A stretch of 64,000 nucleotides of DNA from the human T2T-CHM13v2.0 reference genome, Homo sapiens (GCF_009914755.1 NC_060932.1), one strand, 5' to 3'. Shown: positions 11,971 through 25,080, numbered from the stretch's first letter. The notes: generated by a model not told the origin, from the letters alone. Translations and numbers: made by a program.

Positions 11971-12269
11971 GCTGTGATTCCTTATAAGGCTCCACATTCA
12001 GCATTGTCTTCTCAACTAAAATGAAGCATTTTGGTGATTTCTCCTGAAAAATAGATAGAATCCCAAACTACCAAAGGTGGGAGAACTTTAGAAGTCCTCA
12101 AACTCAAATCTCAGGTGTCAGCTGAACAAATGGAGTAAGAAATGGAGTAACAAATGGAGAAGTGAGTCACCTGGAGCTGTGAGGAAAGTGGTCATGAACA
12201 TTGCTCTGATGTCATCTGTAGTGATTAGTGGTACCTGCCCATACCCTACACAACCCAGCCTCCAAAGAA

Positions 12270-12470
12270 ACCTGTCTGTTAGTGATTGCAAAGCACGTTC
12301 CCACCCATTTCCTCGTTTGAGCCACACAACAATCCTACAACATTGATTGGAAAGGTGTTATCAATGCCCCCATTGTACTGATCGGGGAATTGAGGCTTAA
12401 AAAAGCCCAAGTCACAAAAGTCACAACTCCCAGGGAAAGAGGAAGGTCCCTCTGAATCCAGACTTCATGC
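12270..12470 (-). mobile_element. MIR fragment
   Basis: cccattgtactgatcggggaattgaggctta...cccaagtcaca. Confidence 0.6.
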
Positions 12471-13179
12471 TCATCCCCACTCACCACACAGAATCTGGCT
12501 CTTTTCCATCTCCCCACAATAGGGTGGGAAGCCAGCAAGGAGCAAGACGATGCAGTCACGGCCTTGTTGCCTGGCAGCACATCTCCATCATGCTGGAGAT
12601 TATCCAGCAGGTCCACAGGATGAAAGACAAAGAATCTCCTGTTTGTAGCTGGGGCTGACCCTACACTGTGTCCAGAGCTGCCACGGTAGAGGGGCAGGCA
12701 GCAGCTGTCAAACTAGCCAGTGTTCAGCTAGGTGCTTGACTTTATTTAAGAAAATTATTTTTCATCCAGTCTCACAGGCAATGGACTATGCCCTGACTTT
12801 TTTCAATGAGATTGGGAAGCTCGAGCTGACCTGACACATCCCTCCACTTTCCCTGTGCACACTTAAACATTCTGCCAAAACTAATAACTTTATTCCTAAA
12901 ACCTTCAATTCACATAGGGCAAGCAGTGTCTGCCTGTGCTGTACAGAGCATGCACTTCAGTCTTTATATTACCCAGAGGAATGAGCTGCTATTATGAAAT
13001 CATTAAATTAATAACTTGGTAATATAGGCAGATATATAAAACAATCTGTTCATAGAACAAAAGAAATTACTACGTTCCAAACATTCATAATTTAATTTAA
13101 CAGAGAATTAAAGTAGCATACCTAATTTTAGCCTCAAAATGTCAATAGAATTATGTAAATACAGCACCGAGTCCCATGG

Positions 13180-13210
13180 CTGTGTGTGTGTGTGTGTGCA
13201 CGTGCACGTG
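13180..13210. repeat. (TG)n microsatellite
   Basis: Seen directly. Confidence 0.85.
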
Positions 13211-14639
13211 GGTCGTTGTGGGTGTGAACAGAGGGTGGAGTGCGGGCTTGACTTTTCCCTCCTGTAGGCCTCTCTTCTTCACAACGGAGAAGCAATTGAC
13301 AGGAATAGATGAGGTGCCCAGCTTTTAATTAAGAATTTATTAAACATTCATAGAGCTGTAGAGAAAGCAGCGAGCAAGGCATGCTGCTTTCTGCCAGGGT
13401 TGGGTGCTGAGCAAACAGAAAGAGTCACAGAAGGAAGGGGATCCCACAGGGCTCCAGCAGGCCTCCCTGGGGAATAGCAAGCATCAGAGGCCACTGGGCC
13501 TGGACCACAGAATCTAAGAGGCTCTAAAGTATTTTATGAGTATGGACATGAGACGATGAAGAGGAGGGCTGCTGGCTCGTGTGGCATTATCTTGATGGAA
13601 AGACAAGAACAGGGGAACTATCTGCCCACCCCAGCATATGGCAAAAGCTAGCCTTGTTTGCGGGTAGGCAAAGGAGTGAAGTAACCTGGCAGGGCCCTGG
13701 CCCATTTCAGTCAACTCTACAAACCACCTGCCCCATATGAAGTGAAGGGAATGCAGCCAGATGCAATTCTGTGCCAGGGATGAGTCACTTCATTGCAGAA
13801 GTTTTTGACTCCCCCTCCCTGGAAGCTGGGCACTGGTTCCTATTAAAGCAGGAAGAGTACAAAGGGCATCCTATGTGGGCAGACTTTGCCTCCACCTCTA
13901 TCTTTTCTTGCTTCTGAGGTATTACATCCATTGCTGCTTTCATGAATGTTTTTTTAAAGACAATGGGTATACCAGTCTTATGCACTTTCCACATTGGAAG
14001 GAACTTGCGAAGTCTAAGTCCACCCCTTTAAAAAAAAATACATACACGCACAAAGAATTTGGCAGCAATTTCAAGGGCCTCACGTATTGCACTGATGAAC
14101 CCAATGTCAGAAATCTCTGGTTCAGCTGAAGACACTTAGCATGGAACCACATATATGAAGAGCAATGTATGTCTGGTGCCAAGGATATAAGATAAACAAG
14201 TAAGACAGGAGTTGACAGAGGGCTCCCGGAGGAAGGGGAACAAGGGAACTTGAGCTTGAAGAAGATAGGGGGAGAAGGAGAGATGGAGCCAAGGTAAAAA
14301 AGTAGGCATGCATAACGGATGGCGAGTATTTCTGTAGGGGAGCACTAAAAGAGTGAAGAAGCCATTCTATCGGGAAAATCTCTAATAACAAAAGTTTTGA
14401 AACCAAAGCATATAAACCTGTTATCCTCTTAGAAATATTTATTTTCCATATATTCATTCTGTTATGCATGAATGATAAACTAGAGGAGGAAAGATTTGGA
14501 CTAGGAAACCCAGTAGGTAAACCATTATAGTGGTTTAGGGATGTGGGGAGCTGCAAGGAGACTAAAATACTATAAATATGCATGGGAAGGAGGAGGCAAG
14601 GAGACATATTGTTTGGCTATCTCTGAGAGGACTTCTAAA

Positions 14640-15030
14640 TTGTTGGTGGATTCATCTGCACAGACTAATTGCTGTAACAAACAACCACAAATCTAACTGG
14701 CTTAACACAGTAAAGGTTTATTTCTCACTCATATCACAGGACCATGTGAGTGAATAGAGAGGCTTGATCCATGCAGTCATTCAGGGCCCAGACTCCTTCT
14801 GCCTTGTGGCTCCAACACAATCCACATAGTCCTCAGTGAGATCCTCTGCATATGACCAGCAAATGAGGGCAGACAGACAGAATGGAAGGTTGCAAAAGAG
14901 CTTCTGCTGCAGGCCAGAAGATAAAAACACCTCTTTTACCTACATTTTGTTGGCCAGAACTCGTTCATCTAACTGCTAGAAGGCTGGGATCTATAGCCTA
15001 GCTGCCCAGGAGGATAAAGGAAAGTTCCCC
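14640..15030 (-). mobile_element. Old MaLR LTR (MLT1K/L-like), inserted in an antisense L2 (approx. 14400-15160)
   Basis: gctgtaacaaacaaccacaaatctaactggcttaacacagtaaaggtttatttctcactc...ttggccagaact. Confidence 0.7.
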
Positions 15031-15312
15031 AGCTTCTATAGCTGATTAGGAGGGAGAGGGATAGGAAGACAAGAATGCCTATTCTCTGTCCTGGGGGCTA
15101 GAAGATTGATGGGAACAATGACACAAAAAAAGAAAATTTAGAGAGGAAGATATGAGAATTGCAAGAATGGCATTGTATATCCCTATGTCTAGTATTTACA
15201 ATAACCCAAGAAAGTTATAAAACAGATTTTGCTAAGACATTAGTCACACCATTATCCAAGAAGCTTGGCATCACAATTTGGCTTTTTCTTATGTGATACA
15301 GGAAGTGATGTG

Positions 15313-16420
15313 ATTAGATATGACACCAAAAGCAGAGGCAACAAAAGATAAAAAAAAAAATGGGTAATGTGGAGGACATCATCAAAATTAAAGACTTTTG
15401 TGCATCAAAAGACAGTATCAAGAGAGTGAAAAGGCAACACACACAATGGGAGAATGAGAGAAAATATTTTACACATAGCATAAGGGATTAATATCCAGAA
15501 TACATAAAGAACTCCTAAACTCTACAACAACAAAAAATCCAAACAACCCAATTCAAAAATGGGCAAATGACTTGAATCGACATTTATCCAAAGATGTAGA
15601 AATAGCCAGTAAGCCCATGAAAAGATGTATAATGTCACTAATCATTACAGAAGCATAAATCAAAACTATAATGAGATATCACTTAACACCCACTAAGATG
15701 GCTATTATCAACAACAACAAAGAAAGCAAGAGAAAATAACAAGCATGGGTAAGGACATGGAGAACTCAGAACCCTTGTGCATTGCTGGTGAGAATGTAAC
15801 ATGGTGCAGCTGCTGTGGAAAAGAGTATGGCTGTTCCTCAAAAAATTAAACATTGACTTACCATATAATCCAGGAATTCCACTTCTGGGTGTATACACAG
15901 AAGAAATGAAAATAGGGACTTGAACAGATATTTGCACACAAATGTTCACAGCAGCTTTATTTATAATAGGCAAAATGTGGAAGAAAGCCAAGTGTCTGTC
16001 AGAGGAATGGAAGGACAAAATACGGTTTACACACACAATAGACACTATTCAGCTTTAAAAGGAAGAATATTTGGACAAATTTGACAACATGGGTGATTCT
16101 TGAAAACGTTAAGCTATATGAAATAAGCCAGTCACAAAAGGACAAATATTGTCTGATTCCACTTATATGAGGCACATAGAGTAGTCAAATTTATAGACAG
16201 AAAGTGGAATAAAGGTTGTAAGGGGCTGTGGGGAGGAAAAAATGGGGAGTGATCATTGATTGGGCACAGAGTTTCAATGTGGGAGACAAAAGAGTTCTAG
16301 AGATGGATGGTGGTGATGGTTGCACAACCATGTGAATGCACTAATGCCACTGAACCGTACAATCAGAAATGGTTAAAACTAGTGTAAATGTATGTTGAGT
16401 ATACTTTACCATAATATAAG
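15313..16420 (+). mobile_element. L1 3' fragment (L1MB-like), ORF2 end plus 3'UTR
   Basis: ttagatatgacaccaaaagca...aacaacccaattcaaaaatgggcaaa...aagccagtcacaaaaggacaaatattg...tactttaccataat. Confidence 0.9.
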
Positions 16421-16893
16421 AAGTAATGTAAGTTCATCTCCCTAAAAATGCAGAATATATGGAGAATACCTGATCAAACACAATTAACTAATGAAATGCT
16501 CTCCGAACCCTCTCAACCACACATCTGCTGCACAGTAAATCTGTCAATGTTATCAGTTCTTCATCCTAACCCTGCTTCTCCTGAGTCCTTCATCTCAGTC
16601 AATATATAGTCATTCTCCCAGCACTGGGTGAGAAGCCTTGTCCTTATCTTTGCTTCCCACAAGCCCTGACCCTTCCCTGTAAACCTTCAAGCCAACAGTC
16701 AAGTTTCTCAGCTCGCCCTTCCCTTTTCTCTCACAGCCCCAGACACCTTTCTGTTTGGCTTCCCAAAACCTTAGCTCACTGCCTGTCACACTGACAATCC
16801 AAACAGCCTCCATGCAAGGCCCCCACTTCTGTGTCTCATCAGGCTTCCTCTCACCATGGAGCCATCTTCCTACACTCAAGGCAAAGTTTGGTT

Positions 16894-17855
16894 TTTTACT
16901 GGAAAGGGGTCCTGATCCAGTCCCCCAAGAGAGGGTTCTTGGATCTCATGCTAGAAAGAATTCTGGGCAAGTCCAAAGAGTAAAGTGAAAGCAAATTTAT
17001 GTGGAAAGTAAAGGAATAAAAGAACAGCTACTCCATAGGCAGAACAGCCCTAGGGCTGCTGTTTGGCTATTTTTATGGCTATTTCTTGATTACATGCTAA
17101 ACAAGGGGTGGATTATTTGTGAGTCGGAAAGGGCAAGGAATTCCCGGTACAGAGGGTTTCTGTTTTCCTTTTAGACTAGAGGTCCCCAACCTTTATGGCA
17201 CCAGGGACCGGTTTCATGGGTTGGTGGTGGCGGGGGGAGGGTGGATCATTTCAGATGAAACTATTCCACCTTAGATCATCAGGCATTAGATTCTCATAAA
17301 GAGTGAGCAACCTAGATCCCTCAAATGCGCCATTCACAATAGGGTTTGCATTCCTATGAGAATTTAATGCTGCTGCTGATCTGAGAGGAGGCGGAGCTCA
17401 GGCAGTAATGCTTGCTCACCTGCCAATCACCTCCTGCTGTGCAGCCCATTCTTAACAGGCCAAGGACTGGTACTGGTACTTGGCCTGGGGGGCAGGGACC
17501 CCTGTTTTAGACCATATAGGGTAACTTCCAGATGTTGCCATGGCATTTGTAAACTGTCATGGCACTGGTGGGTGTGTCTTTAGCATGCTAATTCATTATA
17601 ATTAGCATATCATGAGCAATGAGGACAATCAGAGGTCACTTTTGTCACCATCTTGGTTTGGGTGGGTTTTGGCTGGCTTCTTTACTGAATCTTTTTTTAT
17701 CAGTGGGGTCTTTGTGACCTGTATCTTGTGACCGCCAATCTCACCCTGTGACTAAGAATGCCTAACCTTCTGGGAATGCAGCCCAGCAGCTCTCAGCCTT
17801 GTTTTACTCAGCTTCTGTTCAAGATGGAATTGCTCTGGTTTTAACGTCTCTGACA
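16894..17855 (-). mobile_element. MER41 (MER41B-like) ERV1 solo LTR, interrupted by MER1B
   Basis: Reverse complement starts tgtcagagacgttaaaaccagagcaattccatcttgaa and ends ...caagaaccctctcttggggg...acccctttccagtaaaa, matching recalled MER41 termini. Confidence 0.88.
17177..17504 (-). mobile_element. MER1B hAT MITE nested in MER41
   Basis: Termini tagaggtccccaacc and gggacccctg; perfect 8-bp TSD ttttagac (17169-17176 / 17505-17512). Confidence 0.92.
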
Positions 17856-18094
17856 ATTTGACTCTCAGGTAGATGCTGTGCAAAGTGTTGTGCAAGCGTT
17901 AGTGTTGGATGAGGGTCATCTAGCCCTCACCCTATGCAGAGGCGCTTCCGCTGCGCTGCTTACAAGAAGCAAAATGAGGATTGGAGAGCTCCACTCATCA
18001 TCTCAAGGTGACAGAGCTGGTAAGTGACAAAGCTCGGATTCCCATGGAGGCCACTGAACATCCACCAGTCATCTCAGCTAGCACTAGCTCAGGG

Positions 18095-18320
18095 ATACCA
18101 TGTGCCTGGTATAGTTCTCGGTGCTCTACTAACAACAGTTCCTGAAAACCTCACAACAACTCCATGAGTAAGGCTGTTACCATGTCCATTTTACACTCAA
18201 GGACATCAAGGTAGAGAGGTTAAATAACTTGCCCAAGTTCACCCAGCTGGCAGAGTGGAGCACAGATTCAAGGCCCAGGCAGTCAGTTTCCAGAGTTAGC
18301 CTCCTAGTCATTACACTGTT
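18095..18320 (-). mobile_element. MIR
   Basis: taccatgtgcctgg...cctcacaacaactccatgag...tccattttaca...agaggttaaataacttgcccaag. Confidence 0.75.
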
Positions 18321-19514
18321 CTGGCTCTGGCTCTCAGGTCAACTGTGATAGCCAATCTCCTAGGCTTAGGCCACTCTCCTCCAAAACCTACAGCATAAAG
18401 TCTACCTTCTGTAGCCTGAGAATCACCCTCTTCTCCTAACACTGCAATCTCTGCACCGGTCATCTCAGCTACACCCAACTATTCATGCAGCCCTAAACAC
18501 CTCACTCTGTTCCTCCATCCTGGGATGCCACCCATAAACACCTGATTAATTTTTACAAGGCTCAATAAACTGTCATCCACTCTGCAATGCTGTGATATTG
18601 TGATGTAAAATGGCATACACAATTTGTCTTCATCCCCTGTTCCACTTGTAATGTCCTGAGGGGTAGGGATGATAGAAGCACCTTTTAATACAACATTTTG
18701 TTTTTGTCCCTGCTTCCTGAAACTGAGCTTCTGAAACCCTTGAATTTCCTGAGTGGTACAGGCAATGGGAGGTTTTTTGGTTATTCATAACAAGCCCCTT
18801 TCACCTGGACCTGGGTTTATGTTAATGAGATGATGAATGGCTGAAAGCCATGAGATACATGGCTCCAGGATGAGGCTGGTTGCTAGAGGAACTAACTCTG
18901 TGATTAAAGGGTTAGAACTTTCAACCCCTTCCCTCAACCTCCCGGAAGGGGAGATGGGCTGGAGATTGAGTTAATTGCCAAGAATGTAATCAATCCTGCT
19001 TGCATAATGGAACCTCCATTATAAACCCTAAACACTAAGGGATTAGGACAGTTTCTGGGCTGGGGAACACACCCATGTGCTGGAGAGTGGCACACTCCAA
19101 ACTCCATGGGGACAGAAGCTCCTGCACTTGGGAACTTTCTGGACCTCACCAGAAAGGTAATTAGGATATCTCTTCAACTAGTTATTCAGTTTTATCCTTT
19201 ATAATAAGGTAAACAAAAATAAATTGTTTTTCTGAGTTTTCTGAACAAATTATGATTTTGTGAGCAAATTATGAAACCTGAGGATGGGGTTGTGGGAACC
19301 CCTGATTTATAGCCAGTTGGTCAAAAGTGCAGGTCACCTGGATCTACTATTGGTGTCTAAAGTAGGGGGCCTTCTTGTTGGACTTGTTACCAGATAAAAC
19401 CTGGGTCTGCTCACCTAGCATATTAAAGCCAAATATTTACACTGAGTTTTCGTAGCCAGAGAAAGGAGAGCACTTATTTGCAGGGTGCCGAGCAAGGAGA
19501 ATCGGGCTGCTTAC

Positions 19515-19693
19515 TTTTTTATTTTTCTTTATTTTTTATTTTTTTTGAGACAGCATTGCACTCTGTCACCCAGGCTGGAGTGCAGTGGTGCAATCATAGC
19601 TTACTACAAACTCCAGTTCCTGGGCTCAAGAAATCCTTGTGCCTCAGCCTCCCAAACTGCTGAGATTACAGGCGTGAGCCACCGTACCCAGCC
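19515..19693 (-). mobile_element. Alu monomer (left-arm 5' end joined to J-type right arm; FRAM-like)
   Basis: Single monomer with a T-rich tail on the + strand; no central A-rich linker. Confidence 0.8.
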
Positions 19694-19907
19694 AGGCATG
19701 TCACATGTAAGACTCAACCTCCCCGATGGCTTACAAGCAAGTGTTTTTAAAGGCAGGGGCAAATTTCAGGAAAGCAGAAGTTACAAGCAAAATTGTAAAT
19801 TAATACATAGAGGTTAGACATTGCTGTGGCCTTAAAAGGCAGGATATCTTGAAGCAGGGGCTTACTATACCTTACAGGTTATAGGAGGATTTAAAGAGTC
19901 TCTAATC

Positions 19908-20113
19908 TAGGTTTTAGATATTTCCAGTAAAGCTTCTATGAACACTCACGTACAGGTTTTCGTGTGGACTTAAGTTTTCATTTCTCTGAGATAAATGCAC
20001 AAATGTGCAAATGGTAAGTGCATGCTTACTTTTATAAGAAACCGGCAAGCTATTTTCCAGGGTGATGCTACCATTTGACATTTCCACCAGCAGTGTGTAA
20101 GTGATCCAGTTTC

Positions 20114-20150
<37 letters not shown>

Positions 20151-20307
20151 TTTAAGTTTTAGGGTACATGTGCACAATGTGCAGGTTAGTAAAATTTCAT
20201 ATAACCATACACACAGATGGGCACACACACACATACAATAAGTGCACGTAAAACCTGTAAAATCTGAATAAACTCTGTGGATTTCACCAATGTTAAAAAA
20301 AAAAAAA
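19908..20307 (+). mobile_element. 5'-inverted L1-mediated 3' transduction (young L1PA stub + old L1M flank + poly-A)
   Basis: TSD agtctct(a/g)atc at 19897-19907 / 20307-20317; AATAAA 20267-20272; A13 tail 20295-20307; inverted L1PA 3' end 20115-20190. Confidence 0.7.
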
Positions 20308-20398
20308 GTCTCTGATCCGTGATTGGTCAAGGAAGCAAAGTTTTGTCTAAAAACTTAGGGCTAATAGAAGGGAATGCTAAGGTGGCCTGTAGGCATGA

Positions 20399-20849
<451 letters not shown>

Positions 20850-21919
20850 TAAACACAGGGACCTATGTCAGGATGTTACCTTTTGTTTTTATAGGAGACA
20901 AAATATCTTGTGGCTCTAGCTTTTTTGGCTATTGTTTTAAGCCATTAATATCTTCTTTCTTATCAAGTTGCTCACTTACTTTTTAAGGATAGTAAGGTGT
21001 CTGAAATTTTTCTTGAAGAAACTCAAGAGGTTCCTTTATTTCTATGTTTGAGAGGCCTGGCCGGCCCCCAAAAGGAGTCCCTGCTCCATCTCAGATTGAT
21101 CCCTTACCCTGTGAGGACTGCACTAAGTCTGGGTAGTAAATGTCAGAATTGAGTTGACTCATTGGACACCCAGGTAGTGTCTAGAGAGTTGGAGAATTGG
21201 TTATTAGTAGGATACACCCCACATATTTGGTGTCAGAAGCGTTGTGAATGGAGGGAAACTTTTCACTTAGATGCTCACCCTGATATCCAAGACTCCTTTA
21301 AAATGCATTCATTCAACCAAATGTATGAAGTACTTTCTGTAGCCGGGCTCTGTGTCAAGTCCTGGGGATGCACTGGTAACATACTTCCCATCCTTAAAAC
21401 AGTGTCAAGAAAATGCTACTTTTTGTTCTTATTCAGTGGCTCCTTGGATTATCATGAACAATTTATATGTCTTTGTCACTACATCATGGGCTCCCAGAGG
21501 TCAAGATGACATCTTGTTAAACCCTGTGTTGCTTTTCTCATACCTTGATCTTGGTAGATAAAAAAATGCATTCAATGAATCAATGTTTGAATGACTCAGT
21601 GGGCCCTACTGAAGTACAAATCTCATGAAATAAAACTTAGCCTCCAGTGATGAGTCATGAGCTGGAGGAATTGTCTTTCTGCAAAACTGGCCTCCGCATC
21701 GTCTCCTAGATTTGCTGCCTTAGTTTTACTACCGTTCATTTGCATAGCAGTCAACATTTCACATAATATTTTCACATCCATCTTCTCACTTGATTCTCTG
21801 TGGTTGGGAAATGTAATCCTTTGCATTGGCTTGAAATTAATTTTCTATATGTTTCATAAGCATATTTTGATTGCCTCTGATTAGGTTGTCAAATCAAAGT
21901 CTTCTGAAATTAAACACAA

Positions 21920-22090
21920 TATCCCTAGAGTAGTCTTCTGGAGTGAGAGTGCCTGGGCTCAACGTGTCTTGGAGCTGAGTCTGCATCTGTGAAACGGGAG
22001 CACCAACCTCCTAGCGCCCTCATCAGGTGTAAGGTAGACAACAGGAGTGCACACAGAACCTGGCTGAGAGTACATTCAATAAAGATGATA
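21920..22090 (+). mobile_element. MIR fragment
   Basis: tctggagtgagagtgcctgggctc...catctgtgaaacggga...acagaacctggc...ttcaataaa. Confidence 0.55.
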
Positions 22091-23399
22091 AAGGTAAGCT
22101 GTCTCTTTACTAATCAAAGTAGCAAGGCAAGAGCTATGTTGCTGAACAGATCAGGACACTGAAGCCCCAAGAATCTAAGTTTAAGTGACCTTCCCAAGTC
22201 CACAGAGTGAGTTTCCCTTAAAGCCAAACATGAAGGTTATTCTTAGGCCTTCAGTCTTCCCTACAAGCATAATTCCTTATGGAATCATGCGCATTTCCCA
22301 CCCTGATCCTAACTCAAGCTCTAAACTACCCTTCCACATTCAAAAACTTACCGCTTCCTAGATCTGAGTGATTCAATCAGAAGTTCCAGTTCAACATTCC
22401 AATTTGAAAGACAAGATGTTTTCCACTGGTTTGCAATTAATTTGCTGTAATTTACACCAGTGTATTTTGATTGCTTTTGATTAACTTTAACAAACTAAAG
22501 AAGTTTGCTGAAATTAAACATCAAAGTACACAATCCTTTTTCTGAGGCACCTCGTGCATAATTATCAGCCTTGTCATTCTTGCTAAATATATGCATTATG
22601 TGGCAGCCCCTGTGCCTGGGTAGTGGTAATTAATATAGAATCCCAAAATCAATTCCAGAGAAATCCTCTAAGATCAAGGGAAGCTCATTTGCATAACTTC
22701 TAAAATGCATGAATGAATTGTTTTGAAGCCGGGATGAAAAGAAAGAGGTCTTTACAGGTCAGGGTTTCTTTGTAAAAATAGATAAATAAAACTGGCTGCA
22801 TACTTAATGTTGGGTTGGTTGCAAAGAAAAATAGGTCTTTGGTGGAAAGTATGAATAAACAGGTAAATGGCTCTTTGGAGCCGTCACTTTACAGAAAGCC
22901 TCACCAAAATTAAGGGCTAAGAATTAACCGCCGAAGCAACTAATGTGCTGAGAAAAGTTCACAGGCAGCTTTGTAGCATTGCCGAAAATGATGAAATTAA
23001 AGTTAATATCATTTTATTGAAAGGTGGGAAAATCATTTAAATATTTTTAAAGGGGAAAAAAGACCTCCCCATGCATCCAATTATTTGTTTATTTTCATCT
23101 AGGGAAATAGAGGGAAAAACCCAGAGTCGGAACACAGCAGTCTGGCTGCAAAACTCTCTCTGCTGCTTAGAAGCGGAGCGACTCTGGGCGTAGGACCTAA
23201 TCTGTTGAAGCTCCATGTCCTCATTGAACAACAGGGCAAGCTGGCTGTATGCCCAGCTCATTCTGAGGGGTGGAAGACACCGAGCATGTGAAAACATCAT
23301 GGCAGGGCCAGGTGCAAGGTGAGCACACAGCTAGTGCTCCTGCCCCGTAGTGCTCAGTCCCTCTAGCTGCAGCTCCTCTCCATGCACATCAATTATTCA

Positions 23400-23620
23400 T
23401 GATAATAATAAGAAACAGAATAACTAATATTTATCAAGAGCTTATCAGACCCTGTGCTAAGCACTTTTCTTGCATTATCATCTTTAATCCTCCCAATAAC
23501 CCTATGAGAAAGTTACTGTAAGTATCATCCTTTTCTAAAAGTTTAAACAACTTTTCGAATGAGGAAACGAAACCCCAGAGAGAGCAGCCAGCTAAGTGAC
23601 AAAGCTGGTTTCTGAACACA
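23400..23620 (-). mobile_element. MIR
   Basis: aactaatatttatcaagagctta...ctgtgctaagcac...tttaatcctcccaataaccctatgag...gaggaaacga. Confidence 0.8.
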
Positions 23621-23869
23621 CGGGCCCGTGTATTTGTTCATTGCATTACGTGGTGGCCCAGGGGGATGGATTTCCAACCTGGGTGTGCATAGATGAGCTT
23701 CGGGAGGCAATAAAATCTCTGGAACAATATAGAAAAGTATTAGTATGTGTGCATTTTGTGGGGAAGTGTCCAAAAACATTCATCTGCTTCTCAAAGGAGT
23801 TCTTGACCCTCAAAAGGTTAAGAGGTCCTATACTCAATGTTTTCCACTGAACCAGACCCCATGGCCCAG

Positions 23870-24000
23870 ACTGCTTTGCTATTTGAATTGTGGTCCACGG
23901 ACCAGCAGCATCAGCATCATCTGGGAGCAAAGGCAAATCTTGGGCTTCATTGCAGACCCACTGAATCAGAATCTTCTGAGGAGATTCCCTGCCCCTAATC
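23870..24000. mobile_element. MER5-type hAT MITE fragment (a second hAT-like remnant lies at about 23660-23830)
   Basis: tgtggtccacggaccagcagcatcagcatcatctgggag...cagacccactgaatcagaatct. Confidence 0.7.
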
Positions 24001-24146
24001 CAGCCTGTGGAGCAAGGAGGGCTGCCTGGAGGAAATGACATATGAAATAAGTCCCAAAAGATGAGACAGAATCAGCCAAATGGCAAGGAGCTAGGTGAGG
24101 ACTATTCAAGCAGAGGAAAATGCCCAGCCACAGGCATAATGAATGC

Positions 24147-24487
<341 letters not shown>

Positions 24488-24874
24488 TGAAAAGAGAACA
24501 GTGCCTCTCTCCCTCTGGAGGATTCTGAACATAAGCCCCTTTGCCAAAGTTCTCCTTTGAAGCCAGCCTTGTGGCTCACCTACCAATCATTGCCACCACA
24601 AGAACTGGGGATGTTTAACACGAGGTTGGCTGCCTTCCTCCCTCACCTATGAGGCCGCTGCCCAACCAGGGTGGGGAACGGGCCTGGGACTCCCTCCCTC
24701 TGCAAAGCTCCATTTGCCCCCATGTGGTGTCCTGCTCCACCCAGAGGAAGCGTCCTTCTCTGATTCTCAGGAAGGCACCTCACAGGTTCGTGGCTGCCCC
24801 GGCTCACACAGAAGCTTCAGGAAAGATCAGCTCAGGACTCTGCTTGGGAAATAGAAATGAGAAGGAGAAATTTC

Positions 24875-25080
24875 GTTTTGTGAGCACCTAGCATGGGCCA
24901 TGCACTGTGCTGCATACCATACAAGCATTCTCTAATTTAATACCCACAACAACTCAGTGTACTCAGGGTTTTTAAATCTCTACGCATGAGAAAAACTGAG
25001 GCATAGAGAGGTGGGATGGATTCCCAAGTTGTGGGTGGCTGAAGGGTGCAAATGTGATGGAATCTGGATCCCCCCACTCC
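24875..25080 (-). mobile_element. MIR
   Basis: tgagcacctagcatgggccatgcactgtgct...gagaaaaactgaggcatagagagg. Confidence 0.7.

Noticed and set aside
12125-12162. 12-bp unit aaatggagtaa(g/c) repeated three times
   Set aside because: Ordinary short tandem repeat; no spacers, so not CRISPR-like.
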